DNA from: Mantamonas sphyraenae STR306
Taxonomy: Eukaryota > Protista > CRuMs
Length of the DNA: 64,000 nt
Assembly (NCBI GenBank): GCA_026936335.1
Contig: JAPMXV010000073.1
Coordinates: 162,431 to 226,430, forward strand
Direction: 5' to 3'
Shown here: positions 11,044 through 23,456 of the stretch, one piece after another
Layout: each line of letters starts with the position of its first letter
Numbering within the stretch: position 1 is the stretch's first letter
Notes under the pieces: model-generated
Seen by the model: only the letters and a program-made list of their open reading frames with translations
Told to the model about the DNA's origin: nothing
The model's database searches: none
Program-made: the position numbers and the translations under genes

Positions 11044-12994
11044 ATGAGCACAACACATGAGGTGGACTGGGAGACACTGCTGCAGATCGGTGATCAGGAA
11101 CGCATTGGGGAGGCATTGGAAGAAGCGGGGGAGGTAAGTTTGTAGTTTTGCAGGTTGGCTTCTGGGAAAGGCGGGTCTATGGCTGACACAGATGCTGTAG
11201 ACCTTGGAACTACACGGCATGGAGACCAAAGGTGCGTCCGTGGTTCGCGCACTGATGGCAATGAGCCATTTGCGAGCACAGGCGTCTCTGAAGAACGGCA
11301 ACGGCGAGATGGAAGCATCAGCGGGGGGGTCACAAGCACAGGGACAGAGACGGAACGTGATTAGGAACAAAATCAGCGACAGAGGTGCAGCCGTGCTGGC
11401 CGTGGCGTTGAGTGAGAACAGCAGGTTGACGACGCTGAACCTCGAGAGCAACAGCATCGGGCCAGAAGGGGCAGCAGCGCTTGCAACGGCAGTACGAAAG
11501 AACAGGAGCTTGCTGACGCTGATCCTTGCAAGGAACGAAATCGGGGCAGGAGGGGCGGAAGCACTGGCGGGGGCACTGGGGGAGAACGGAACCTTGCGCA
11601 CACTGAACGTCGTTGCCAACAGGATCAACGACGAAGGGGCGGCAGCACTGGCACGTGCACTCAATGGGAACAGCTCCTTGAGAAGGTTGGATCTCGACAG
11701 CAACTGCATCGGGGCAGAAGGGGCAACAGCACTGGCGGAGGCACTAAGAGAGAATAGCAGCTTGAAGAGATTGGATCTGGACAGCAACCACATCGGGGCA
11801 ATTGGGGCAGTCGCCTTGGCAAAGGCACTGGCAGAGAATAGCAGCTTGCAGACACTGTCACTTCACATGATCAACATTGGGGGAGAAGGAGTCGAAGCAA
11901 TTTTCAAGGCACTGCAAAGGAACAACTGCTTGCAGACACTGGACCTCGCCAGCACCTGGATCCAAGGGGAAGGGGCAGCAGCACTGGCAGAGGCACTGAG
12001 TGGGAACAGCAGCTTGAAGACGCTGAAACTCAGTAGCAACAGGTTTGGAGACGAAGGGGCAGCATCACTGGCGCAAGGACTGGCTGAGAACAGCAGCTTG
12101 CAGACACTGGACCTCCGCCAAACCCGCATTGGGCCAGAAGGAGCCGCTGCACTGGCACAGGTGCTGAGTGAGAACGACAGTTTGCAAACAGTCAACCTTG
12201 ACCTCAACAACATCGGAGCAGAAGGGGCGGAAGCACTGGCGCAGGCCCTGAATGTGAACAGCACCTTGCAATCAGTTACCCTTGATGGGAACAACATCGG
12301 GGCAGAAGGAGCAGCTGCACTGGCACAGGCACTCTGTGTGAACAGCACCTTGCAATTCCTGGACCTTCGCATGAACAGGATCGGGACACAAGGGGCGATG
12401 GCACTGGTCCAGGCACTGGATGTGAACAGAAGCTTGCAGAGACTTGTCCTGGGCTCGAACGGCTTCTTGAAAGACGGGACGGGAGCAATGGCCAAGGCGA
12501 TGGAAAACAATCGATCGTGCTGGGCGATCCACGTCGGATTCGGTGTCGATGAAGCGTTGCAATCTCTGTTGAAGAGGAACAAGGAGCGGCATGTGGAGTT
12601 TGTGAAATGTGGGGATGTACAGAGGATGGCTGCGCTGAGGGAGTGGGGTGTGCCTGTGGACACGCTTGCTGCACGTGAGGAGACTGCGTTGGAGAGAGCG
12701 GTGAAGCAAGGGAATGATGAGGTGGTGGAGGCATTGCGGGGCTGGGGTGCTACAGTGAGGGAAGAGACGGTGAAGTTGGTGAGGGAGGCAGGATGGAGGA
12801 GGGAGTGGCATTGGATTGGGTGGAGTGGGGTGGTGGATGAGGGGATGGAAGTGGCGTTGGTGATGAATGGGGAGGAGAGGGAAGTGATGTTTGAGTGTGG
12901 GGGGATGGAAGGGTATGAGGCGAGTTGTGCGTGGTGGACGGTGCCAGATGAGGTGATGGAGAGGGTGTTGGGGTGGATGGGCAAGGGAGGGTGA
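11044..12994 (+). CDS. LRR-ANK-F-box-like protein, copy 4 (13 LRRs plus a unique N-terminal insertion); exons 11044-11133, 11201-12994
   Basis: Exon 1 MSTTHEVDWETLLQIGDQERIGEALEEAGE; GTAAGT..GCTGAC..TAG intron 11134-11200. Confidence 0.9.
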
Positions 12995-13293
12995 GGAGGG
13001 AATGATGGGAATGAATGTTGGCATTGGGTGGATGGGGGTTGGCATTGGAGGGGATGGGGGGTGGGAAGGGGAAAGGAGGGAGTTGTGCCCTGCTCGGATG
13101 CACTGGGTGGACCACTGGAACTTGGGAAGAGAGACAAGGTTGGTGTTGAGTAGGGGGAAGAGTGTGCAGAGGGAGGGATGTGACTGTGGATGGGCTGGGT
13201 CATGGGAGGGGTGTTGTGGAAGGGCAAAACGAGGAAGCTGAGTTGCTTGTGACGTGCTGGGGCTCACACGGACGCAGGGCCAGTTGGTTGACC

Positions 13294-14806
13294 ATGGACA
13301 CAGAGCCATCACTGTATTGGAAGGAATTGCTGCAGAGCGGTGATGAGGAGCGCATTGGAGTGGCATTGGCAGAGGCCGGGGAGGTGAGTTTGCGAGAAGA
13401 GGGCAACGAAGTCGGTTGGCCGTGGTGGGGAGTGAGGAAGGAGAGGCGTGTGAATGTGGGACCGCTGGGTGCGCATGTGACAGCTGACACGGATTGTGTA
13501 GGAGATGTGGCTGCAAATGATGGATTTTGGTCCCGCCGAAGTGAAATCCCTGGCAAAGGCACTGGCTGGGAACAGCAACTTGCAGAGGTTGAACCTCGGT
13601 ATCAATGACATAGGGGACGAAGGTGCCTCGGAACTGGCCAAGGCTTTGGCAGCGAACAGCAGCTTGTTGTCCCTGGCCTTGAGCAGCAATGCAATCGGCG
13701 TCGACGGAGCAACAGCACTGGCACAGGCGCTGAATGAGAACAACAGCCTGCTGAGGCTGTACCTCACAAGAAACAGCATCAAGGCACAAGGGGCAGCAGC
13801 TTTGGCACAGGCACTGGGTAAGAACAGCAGGTTGCAGGTGTTGGAACTCCACAGCAACAGCATCGGGGATGAGGGAGCAGCAGCACTGGGGCAGGCACTG
13901 AGTGAGACCAGATGGTTGCATACACTGGACCTCAGAAACAATAGCATCGGGGCAGCAGGAGCAGCAGCTTTGGCACAAGGACTGGGTGAGAACAGAAGTC
14001 TCCGGCAACTGAATCTTGGCAACAACAACTTCGGGGACGAAGGGGCAGCAGCAATTGGACAGGCACTGAGGGAGAACAGTAGCTTGCAGACACTGAATCT
14101 CGACGACAACAACGTCGGAGCAGAAGGGGCAACAGCACTTGGGCAGGCACTGAGTCAGAACAGCACCTTGCAGACAATGTTCCTCAACACCAACAGCCTC
14201 GGAGAAGAAGGCGCATCCGCTCTGGCTGAGGGACTGAGTGAGAACAGCACCTTGCAGAGACTGTACCTTGACCAGAACAAGATCGGAGAAGAAGGAGTGT
14301 CGGCTCTGGCCAAGGCGATGGACAGCAATCGATCGTGCTGGCAGATGGAGGTCGGAGCCGTTGTCGATGAGGCATTGCAGGCACTGTTGAAGGGGAACAA
14401 GGAACGGCATGTGGAGTTTGTGCAGTGTGGGGATGTGGAGAGGATGGCTGCGCTGAGGGTGTGGGGTGTGCCTGTAGACACGGCACGTTGGGAGACGGCA
14501 TTGGAACGAGCGGTGAAGCAAGGGAATGATGAGGTGGTGGAGGCATTGCGGGACTGGGGTGCTACAGTGAGTGAAGAGACCGTGAAGTTGGTGAGGGAGG
14601 GAGGATGGAGGAAGGAGTGGCATTGGATAGGGTGGAGTGGGGTGGTGGATGAGGGGATGGAGGTGGCGTTGGTGATGAATGGGGAGGAGAGGGAAGTGAT
14701 GTTTGAGTGTGGAGGGATGGATGGGTATGAGGCGAGTTGTAAGTGGTGGACGGTGCCAGATGAGGTGATGGAGAGGGTGTTGGGGTGGATGGGCAAGGGA
14801 GGGTGA
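13294..14806 (+). CDS. LRR-ANK-F-box-like protein, copy 5 (9 LRRs); exons 13294-13383, 13502-14806
   Basis: Exon 1 MDTEPSLYWKELLQSGDEERIGVALAEAGE; intron 13384-13501. Confidence 0.9.
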
Positions 14807-15074
14807 GGGGGAATGAATGTTGGTATTTGGTGGGTTGGTGGGTGGGAGGGGAAAGGTGGGAGTTGGGTGTCTGCTGCTCGTATGCACTGGGTGGCCCACT
14901 GGAACTTGGAAAGAGACAAGGTTGGTGTGCAAGGAGGGAAGAGTGTGCACAGGGAGGGATGCGACTGTGGATGGGACTGGGTCATGGGAGGGGTGTTGTG
15001 GAAGGGCAAAAAGCGGACGCTGAATTGGTTGTGACGTGCGAGCTCACACGGGACGCAGGACCAGTTGATTGACC

Positions 15075-16963
15075 ATGGGCACACAGAAGAAAGTGAACTG
15101 GAAGGAACTGCTGCAGAGCGGTGATGAAGAGCGCATTGTTGTGGCGTTGGAAGAGGCGGGCGAGGTATGTTTGTGCGAGGCAACGTCTCCCGTGCGTGGG
15201 TATGGGCGGTGGTGACTGACACACCTGTGAAGACATTGAAACTGAGTTGGCTGGGCATTACGGCAGAGGAGGCAGTTGCACTGGCCACAGCACTGGCTGA
15301 GAACAGCAGTGTGCGCACGCTGAACCTCAACGTCAACAATACCTTCGGAGCAGAGGGGGCAGCAGCACTGGCACAGGCATTGTGTGTGAACAACAGCTTG
15401 CAGACAGTGAATCTCATCGGAAGTAGCATCGGGGACGAAGGAGCAGCGGCACTGGCACACGCACTGGGCGAGAACAGCAGCTTGCTCGCGCTGTGGCTTC
15501 AGGAGAACCACATCGCGTACGAAGGAGCTGCAGCGTTGGCCGAGGGATTGAGTGCCAACTGCAGCCTGCAGACACTAAGCTTTTCCGACAACACAGTTGG
15601 GGCAGAAGGAGCAGCTCTTCTGGCACAGGCGTTGTGTGTGAACGGCACCTTGCGGACGCTTGACTTGCACGGCAACAGAATCGGTGACAAGGGAGCAGCA
15701 GCACTCGCAAAGTCACTGTGTGGTAACCAAAGCTTGCAGCAGCTGATTGTGAACAACAATGGCATCGGTGCAGAAGCAGCAGCAGAACTGGCCGCGGCAC
15801 TTCGATGGAACAGCACTTTGCAGACACTGGGCCTTCAAAACAACAGAATCGGTGATGAAGGAACAGCAGCACTGGCACAAACACTGGGTAGGAACAATGG
15901 CTTGCAGACACTGGAGCTCGACAAGAACAGAATTGGATCAGAAGGAGCAGCAGCACTGGGGCAGGCACTGAGTGAGAACAGCAGCTTGCTGGCACTGAGT
16001 GTAACCGACAACAACATCGGGGCAAAAGGGTCAGCAGCACTGGCACACGGTCTTGCTGTGAACAGTCGCTTGCAGGCACTGTTTCTCAGCAAGAACGGCA
16101 TCGGAGACGAAGGTGCAGCAGCGCTTGTGCAGGCACTGAGTTCGAACAGTAGCTTGCAGACACTGCTTCTGAGCTTGAACAGCATCGGGGACACAGGGAC
16201 AGCAGCGCTGGCACAGGCACTGGGTAGGAACAGTGGCTTGCAGCAAGTGAATCTCAACAACAACAACATTGGCGTACATGGGGCAACAGCACTAGCACAG
16301 GCACTGAGTGAGAACAGCACCTTGCAGACATTGCTCCTCAACAGCAACAGCATCGGGGAAGAAGGTTCTTCCGCTCTGGCTGAGGGATTGAGTGAGAACA
16401 GCAGCTTGCAAAGACTGTTCCTCAACCAAAACAAGATCGGGGAAGAAGGTGCATCCGCTCTGGCCAGGGCGATGGAAGACAATCGATCGTGCTGGGAGAT
16501 TGAGTTTCGAATCGTCGACTCCAATCTGAAAGCACTGTTGAAGAGGAACAAGGATCGGCATGTGGAGTTTGTGGAGTGTGGTGATGTGGAGAGGATGGCT
16601 GCGCTGAGGGAGTGGGGTGTGCCCGTGGACACGCTTGCTACGTGGGCAGACACGGCATTGGAACGAGCGGTGAAGGGAGGAAATGATGAGGTGGTGGAGG
16701 CATTGCGGGGCTGGGGTGCTCAAGTGAGGGAAAAGACGGTGGAGTTGGTGAGGGAGGCAGGATGGAGGAGGAAGTGGCATTGGATTGGGTGGAGTGGGGT
16801 GGTGGATGAGGGGATGGAAGTGGCGTTGGTGATGAACGGGGAGGAGAGGGAAGTGATGTTTGAGTGTGGGGGGATGGAAGGGTATGAGGCGAGTTGTGAG
16901 TGGTGGACGGTGCCGGATGAGGTGATGGAGAGGGTGTTGGGGTGGATGGCCAAGGGAGGGTGA
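15075..16963 (+). CDS. LRR-ANK-F-box-like protein, copy 6 (14 LRRs); exons 15075-15164, 15233-16963
   Basis: Exon 1 MGTQKKVNWKELLQSGDEERIVVALEEAGE; intron GTATGT..ACTGAC..AAG 15165-15232. Confidence 0.88.
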
Positions 16964-17248
16964 GGAGGGATTGATGGGAATGAATGGTGGCATTGTTTGG
17001 GTGTGGGTTGGCGTTGGGGGGATTGGTGGGTGGGGTGGGGGGGGAGGAGGGAGTTGTGTGGCTGGTGCTCGGATGCACTGGGTGGACCACGGGAACTTGC
17101 AAGTGGGACGAGGTTGGTGTGCACAGGGAGGGATGTGACTGTGGATGGGACTGGATCATGAGAGGGCGTTGTGGAAGGGCAAAAGGAGGAAGCCGAGATG
17201 GGTGTGACGTGCTGAAGCTCACACGGACGCAGGACCAGTTGGTTGACC

Positions 17249-19049
17249 ATGAGCACACAGATGGATGTAGATTGGAAAGAGTTGCTGCAGAGCGGTGATG
17301 AGGAGCGCATTGCAGTGGCATTGGCAGAGGCGGGGGAGGCAAGTTTGCGCTGCGCGAAGGGAGGGGGAATTCGTGGACGTGTCACAGACGAGGAGGGTTG
17401 AGAGGGGAGACACGAACGCATGGAGAGAGTAGATTATGGTCGATGGTTGCGTGAGATACGGGATGTGATCGCTGACACGAGTGGTGCAGCATTTGAGCCT
17501 GGGGAACAAGATCGTTGACAAACTGATGGTGACACTGGCCAAGGCACTGGCAAAGAACAGCAGTTTGAAGTCACTGAACCTTCGCAGCAACGTTATCGGG
17601 GACGAGGAAGCAGCAGAGCTGGCGCAGGCGCTGAGGGAGAACAGAAGTTTGGACCGCCTGGAACTCTACAAGAACAGCCTTGGCTACAGAGGGGTAGCAG
17701 CATTGGCAGACGCACTGTGTGTGAACAACACGCTGCGGAGCTTGAGCATCGGGAACGACAACATCGGAGACGAAGTGGCAGCAGCACTGGCCAAGGTTCT
17801 TGTTGGGAACAGCTGCCTGCAGGAGCTGAGCCTTTGCTTCAACAACATCGGAGCCGAAGGGGCAGCAGCACTGGCCGGGGCACTCTGTGTCAACAGTAGC
17901 TTGCAAATATTGCTTCTCAGCATGAACGGCATCGGAGACGAAGGTGCAGCAGCACTAGGGCAAGCACTGAGTAAGAACAGCAGCCTGAACACAATGTTGC
18001 TCATCAAGAACGGAATCGGGGACGAAGGGGCATCAGAACTGGCACAGGGACTGCGCGAGAACAGCAGCTTGTTGAGGCTTTTGCTCCAGGAAAATCGGAT
18101 CGGAGACGAAGGTGCAGCAGCGTTGGCCAAGGCATTGCGTGCCAACAGCAGCGTGCAGACACTGAACTTGACCGACAACAATGTTGGGGCAGAAGGAGCC
18201 TCAGCTCTGGCTAGGGGACTGTGTGAGAACAGCACTTTGCGGACACTGGACCTCAACAGGAACAGAATTGGATCAGAAGGAGCAGCGGCACTGGGGCATG
18301 CACTAAGAAAGAACAGCAGCTTGCGTGCACTGGGTCTCAGCGACAACAACATCGGGGCAGCAGCTGCAGCAGCAATGACCGGGGCTCTCTGTGTGAACAG
18401 TGGCTTGCAGACACTGTTCCTATCCATGAACAGCCTCGGGGACGAAGGTGCAGCAGCTCTGGCTGAAGGACTATCTCAGAACAGCACCTTGCAGAGACTC
18501 TACCTCGCCAGCAACAGCATCGAGGTGGAAGGTGCATCCGCTTTGGCCAAGGCGATGGAAGACAACCGGTCGTGCTGGAAGATTCAGATCAGAGTCGACG
18601 ACGCTGTAGCGCTGCAATCGCTGTTGGAGAGGAACAAGGAGCGGCATGTGGAGTTTGTGGAATGTGGAGATGTACAGAGGATGGCTGCGCTGAGGGAGTG
18701 GGGGGTGCCTGTAGACACGCTTGCTGCACGTGAGGGGACGGCGTTGCAACGAGCGGTGAAGCAAGGGAATGATGAGGTGGTGGAGGCATTGCAAGGCTGG
18801 GGTGCTACAGTGAGGGAAGAGACGGTGAAGTTGGTGAGGGAGGTAGGATGGAGGAGGGAGTGGCATTGGATTGGGTGGAGTGGGGTGGTGGATGAGGGGA
18901 TGGAAGTGGCGCTGGTGATGAATGGGGAGGAGAGGGAAGTGATGTTTGAGTGTGGTGGGATGGATGGGTATGAGGCGAGTTGTGAGTGGTGGACGGTGCC
19001 GGATGAGGTGATGGAGAGGGTGTTGGGGTGGATGGCCAAGGGAGGGTGA
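17249..19049 (+). CDS. LRR-ANK-F-box-like protein, copy 7 (12 LRRs); exons 17249-17338, 17490-19049; GC-AG intron
   Basis: Exon 1 MSTQMDVDWKELLQSGDEERIAVALAEAGE; donor GAG|GCAAGT at the position homologous to the GT donors of the other copies. Confidence 0.87.
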
Positions 19050-19346
19050 GGAGGGAATGAATGGTGGCATTGGGTTGGGTGGGGTTTGGCATTGGAGGGG
19101 ATGTGGGTGGGAGGGGGAGAAAGGAGAGCAGTGTTGGGTGTCTGCTGCTCGGATGCGAAGGGTGGACCACTGGAACTTGGATAGAGACAAGGTTGGTGTG
19201 CAAGGAGGGAAGAGTGTGCAGAGGGAGGGATGCGACTGTGGATGGGCCTGGGTCATGGGAGGGGTGTTGTGGAAGGCAAAAAGTGGATGCGGAATTCAGT
19301 GTGACATTCTGAAGCTCACATGGGACGCAGGACCAGTTGGATGACC

Positions 19347-21490
19347 ATGGGCACACAGACGAAAGTGAACTGGAAGGAACTGCTGCAGAGCGGTGATGAG
19401 GAGCGCATTGGGGTGGCGTTGGAAGAGGCGGGGGAGGTATGTTTCGGGGCGGCAGGTTTCCCGTGCGTGGGCATGGGTGGTGGTGACTGACACCCGTGTT
19501 GCAGACATTGCAACTGAGTTGGCTGGGCATCAGAGCAGAGGAGGTAGTTGCACTGGCCACAGCACTGGCGGTGAACAGCAGTGTGCGCACGCTGAACCTC
19601 GACTTCAACAAATCCTTCGGAGCCGAGGGGGCAGCAGCACTGGCACAGGCATTGTGTGTGAGCAACAGCTTGCAGACAGTGAATCTCTACGGGAACCGCA
19701 TTGGGGACGAAGGAGCAGCGGCACTGGCACTGGCACTGGGTGAGAACAGCAGCTTGCTGGCGATTTGGCTCCAGAACAACCGCATCGGATACGAAGGAGC
19801 AGCAGCGTTGGCCAAGGGATTGAGTGCCAGCTGCAGCTTGCAGACACTGAGCTTATCCGACAACACACTTGGAGCAGAAGGAGCAGCAGCACTGGCACAG
19901 GCGTTGTGTGTGAACAGCACCTTGCGAATGCTTGACGTGCACGACAACAGAATCGGTGACAAGGGAGCAGCAGCACTCGCAAAGTCACTGTGTGGCAACC
20001 AAAGCTTGCAGCAGCTGATTGTGAACAACAATGGCATCGGTGCAGAAGCAGCAGCAGAACTGGCCGGAGCACTCAGTTTGAACAGCACTTTGCAGACACT
20101 GGGCCTTCAAAGCAACAGAATCGGTGACACAGGAACAGCAGCACTGGCACAGGCACTATGTGGCAACTGCAACTTGATGGAACTGCGTCTCAGCGCCAAC
20201 CAGATTGGTGACACAGGAGGAGCAGCACTGGGGCAGGCACTGAGTGAGAACAGCAGCTTGCTGGCACTGAGCCTCAGCGACAACAACATCGGGGCAGAAG
20301 GGTCAGCAGAACTGGCACACGGTCTTGCTGTGAACAGTCGCTTGCAGACACTGTTTCTCAGCAAGAACGGCATCGGCGACGAAGGGGCAACAGCACTTGG
20401 GCAGGCACTGAGTTCGAACAGTTGCTTGCAGACACTGCTTCTGAGCATGAACAGCATCGGGGACACAGGGGCAGCAGCGCTTGGGCAGACACTGACTGAG
20501 AACAGCAGCTTGAAGACCATCTACCTCGACAGAAACAGCATTGGGGCAGAAGGAGCCTCAGGTCTGGCTAGGGGACTGTGTGAGAACAGAAGCTTGCGGA
20601 GACTTTACCTCAATCAGAACAGCATCGGTGCAGAAGGAGAATCAGCTCTGGCTAGGGGACTGAGTCAGAACAGCAGCTTGCAAAGACTAGGCCTCAGTAT
20701 GAACAACCTCGGGGCGGAAGGGACAGCGGCAATGGCACAGGCGTTGAGTGAGAACAACAGCTTGCAGCATCTGAATCTCAACGACAACAACATCGGGGAA
20801 AAGGGGGCAACAGCGTTGGCTCAGGCGCTGAGTGTGAACAGCGCCTTGCACACAATGCTCCTCGACAACAACAGCGTCGGGGAAGAAGGTGCATCAGCTC
20901 TGGCTGAGGGACTGAGTAAGAACAGCACCTTGCAGAGACTGTACCTCGGCAGAAACAGCATCGAGGAGGCAGGTGCATCCGCTCTGGCAAAGGCGATGGA
21001 AGACAATCGATCGTGCTGGCAGATTCAGATCGGAGCCGTTGTCGATGAGACATTGCAGGCACGGTTGAAGAGGAACAAGGATCGGCATGTGGAGTTTGTG
21101 CAGTGTGGGGATGTGAAGAGGATGGCTGCGCTGAGGGAGTGGGGTGTGCCTGTGGACACACTTGCTGCACGTGAGGTGACGGCGTTGCAACGAGCGGTGA
21201 AGGAAGGGAATGATGAGGTGGTTGAGGCATTGCGGGACTGGGGTGCGAATGTGAGGGAAGAGACGGTGGAGTTGGTGAGGGAGGCAGGATGGAGGAAGGA
21301 GTGGCATTGGATTGGGTGGAGTGGGGTGGTGGATGAGGGGATGGAAGTGGCGTTGGTGATGAACGGGGAGGAGAGGGAAGTGATGTTTGAGTGTGGAGGG
21401 ATGGATGGGTATGAGGCGAGTTGTGCGTGGTGGACGGTGCCAGATGAGGTGATGGAGAGGGTGTTGGGGTGGATGGCCAAGGGAGGGTGA
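19347..21490 (+). CDS. LRR-ANK-F-box-like protein, copy 8 (17 LRRs); exons 19347-19436, 19505-21490
   Basis: Exon 1 MGTQTKVNWKELLQSGDEERIGVALEEAGE; intron 19437-19504. Confidence 0.9.
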
Positions 21491-21504
21491 GCAGTTTTGG
21501 GTGG

Positions 21505-23406
21505 AATGAAGACTGCAATGGAACGATGATGATGACCCACCTCACACACACAATCAATCATTCCCTTTCTCTTCCCCATCCATGTCTTCCATAACCTCCC
21601 CCCCCGATCCCGCCCCCTTCCCAACCACCTCAACCAACACCAAACACCCCATCCGACACCCACCCATGTCCAACACGTTTGAAACCAAGGCACAGAAGGA
21701 GACTTCGGGACTCAAGAGCCACGCCGGCTTGTCTGCCGTCCCTGCGTCGGGCGTCGACGTCAACTCGACCATCAAGAGCTACCTGGCCGTCCACGACGAT
21801 TCCAAGGGCGACAAGAGCGAGGAGCGCAAGACCACGTCCCTGGACATGGTCAACGCCTACTACGATCTGGTCACCGAGTTTTACATCCACGGGTAAGTTG
21901 TGACACAAGCCAGCGGTGTGGGAAAGGGCGCACGGCGTGGTTTTTTTGTGTGTGGTTGGCCAGGTTGGGTCCAGGAACGAACGGCCGAAAAAAAACGCAA
22001 CCGGTGGAGTGTTGCCCACGGGCTGACACAGAGGATGGTGGGGATGATGGGACACATGGACAAACATGCAGATGGGGCGAGGGATTCCACTTTGCATCCC
22101 GTGCTGTGGGAGAGACGTTCCTGGAGTCGATCAAGCGCCATGAGTACTGGCTTGGGCACATGCTTCAGGCGCAGCCGGGCGACAAGATTGTGGACCTTGG
22201 GTGCGGCATTGGCGGACCCATGCGCAACGTGTCTCGGTAAGTGTGGGAGTGGGAAGGGTGTGGAGAGGAGGATGGCGTGGATGGGGGGTGGTTATGGATG
22301 GGCGATGGGCGGGGGCGAGAGGCGAGGAAAAGTCGAGGGACATACACGCCGGAAAGGGTGGTTGGGAGGCTGACGCGGGCGGGACACACACACACAGCTT
22401 TCTGAACCACGGTGTGACGAAGGAGGAGGACCTTGTGCACATTGTGGGTGCCAACAACAACGCGCACCAGGTGAGTGGAGAGGGTGAGGGTGGGAAACGC
22501 GTGGGCGAACTGGCTTTTCGTGAACTTTCCCGTTTCGGGTGGACCTGGAAAGGACGCTGACGGCGAATGGGGACACAGATTGCCAAGGGCAAGCAGTACA
22601 ACATCGACGCAGGACTGGACCACTGCTGCAGCTTCCTGAAGTGCAGCTTCATGGACATGCCTGTGGAGGACGGAGAGTTTGACCGTGCGTTTGCAGTGGA
22701 GGCAACGTGCCATGCACCGGACAAGAACGAGCTGTACGCAGAGATCTTCCGTGTGCTGAAGCCCGGAGGCACGTTCTTCAGCTACGAGTGGTGCTTGACG
22801 CCGCGATACGACCCGCAGAACCGTGAGCACCAGGAGATCAAGAAGGGGATCGAGGTGGGAGATGGTCTGCCGGACATGGACACGATGGAGTACACGATCG
22901 AGTGCCTGGAAAAGGCCGGGTTTGAGATTGTGTTTGAGCGTGACGTGGCTCTGGACAGCCCCGTGCCCTGGTACGAGTCGCTGTCGCCGTCGTTCACTCT
23001 GGAGGGCTTCCGTCGCACATGGGCAGGTCGCATGACGACGCGTGTGGCTGTGAGCATCCTGGAGGCACTGTGGCTGGCACCCAAGGGCACGACAGAGACG
23101 AGTGACATGCTGAACGCAGCAGCCGACGCTCTGGTGGCAGGTGGTGAGACGGGCATCTTTACGCCCATGTACGCCATTCTGGTGCGCAAGCCCGAGTAAG
23201 GAGGGAGTGAGGGGATGGGAATGGGAGTGGGAGATGGTATGCTGCATATGACGGCAGAAGCTCGCTCGCTACCGGACTCTCGCCCAAAGCAAGGATCCGC
23301 CCCAGTGCTGGTGTTGGCAACACAGCAAGAGACAGAGAGAGAGGAGTGGAGAGGAGAGGAGATGTTGCAAAGTGGGACCAGCAATGGAGGCGTTGATCAT
23401 CCTCAC
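21505..23406 (+). repeat. Left arm of a ~1.9-kb inverted duplication (partner 25489-27410)
   Basis: The sequence is the reverse complement of 25489-27410, with only scattered substitutions and small indels. Confidence 0.95.
21666..23199 (+). CDS. SMT1: Sterol 24-C-methyltransferase (SMT1/ERG6), copy A; exons 21666-21892, 22072-22236, 22398-22470, 22579-23199
   Basis: Motifs VNAYYDLVTEFYIHGWGEGFHFA, ESIKRHEY, SAM-binding VDLGCGIGGP, FAVEATCHAP, IFRVLKPGG.F..YEW, IEVGDGLP and LVAGGETGIFTPMY; three GT-AG introns in frame. Confidence 0.95.
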
Positions 23407-23456
23407 TTTCCCCTCAAAGGCACCCTCCACTCCTTCCTGTCACAGCACAGCGCAAC

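Larger units (their letters stand above)
3800..21490 (+). repeat. Tandem array of 8 LRR-ANK-F-box-like gene units (1.8-2.5 kb each: conserved spacer, exon 1, intron, exon 2)
   Basis: The 3' coding block (GAGTGGCATTGGATTGGGTGGAGTGGGGTGGTGGATGAGGGGATGGAAGTGGCG...) is near-identical in all units and the intergenic spacer recurs 8 times. A remnant of a gene 3' end (GATGGCC..GGAGGGTGAGGAGGGA) sits at ~3800. Confidence 0.95.

Noticed and set aside
4329-21490. 84-nt repeats with constant and variable parts resembling a CRISPR array
   Set aside because: They are in-frame coding LRR units in a eukaryotic genome; there are no unique spacers, leader or cas genes.
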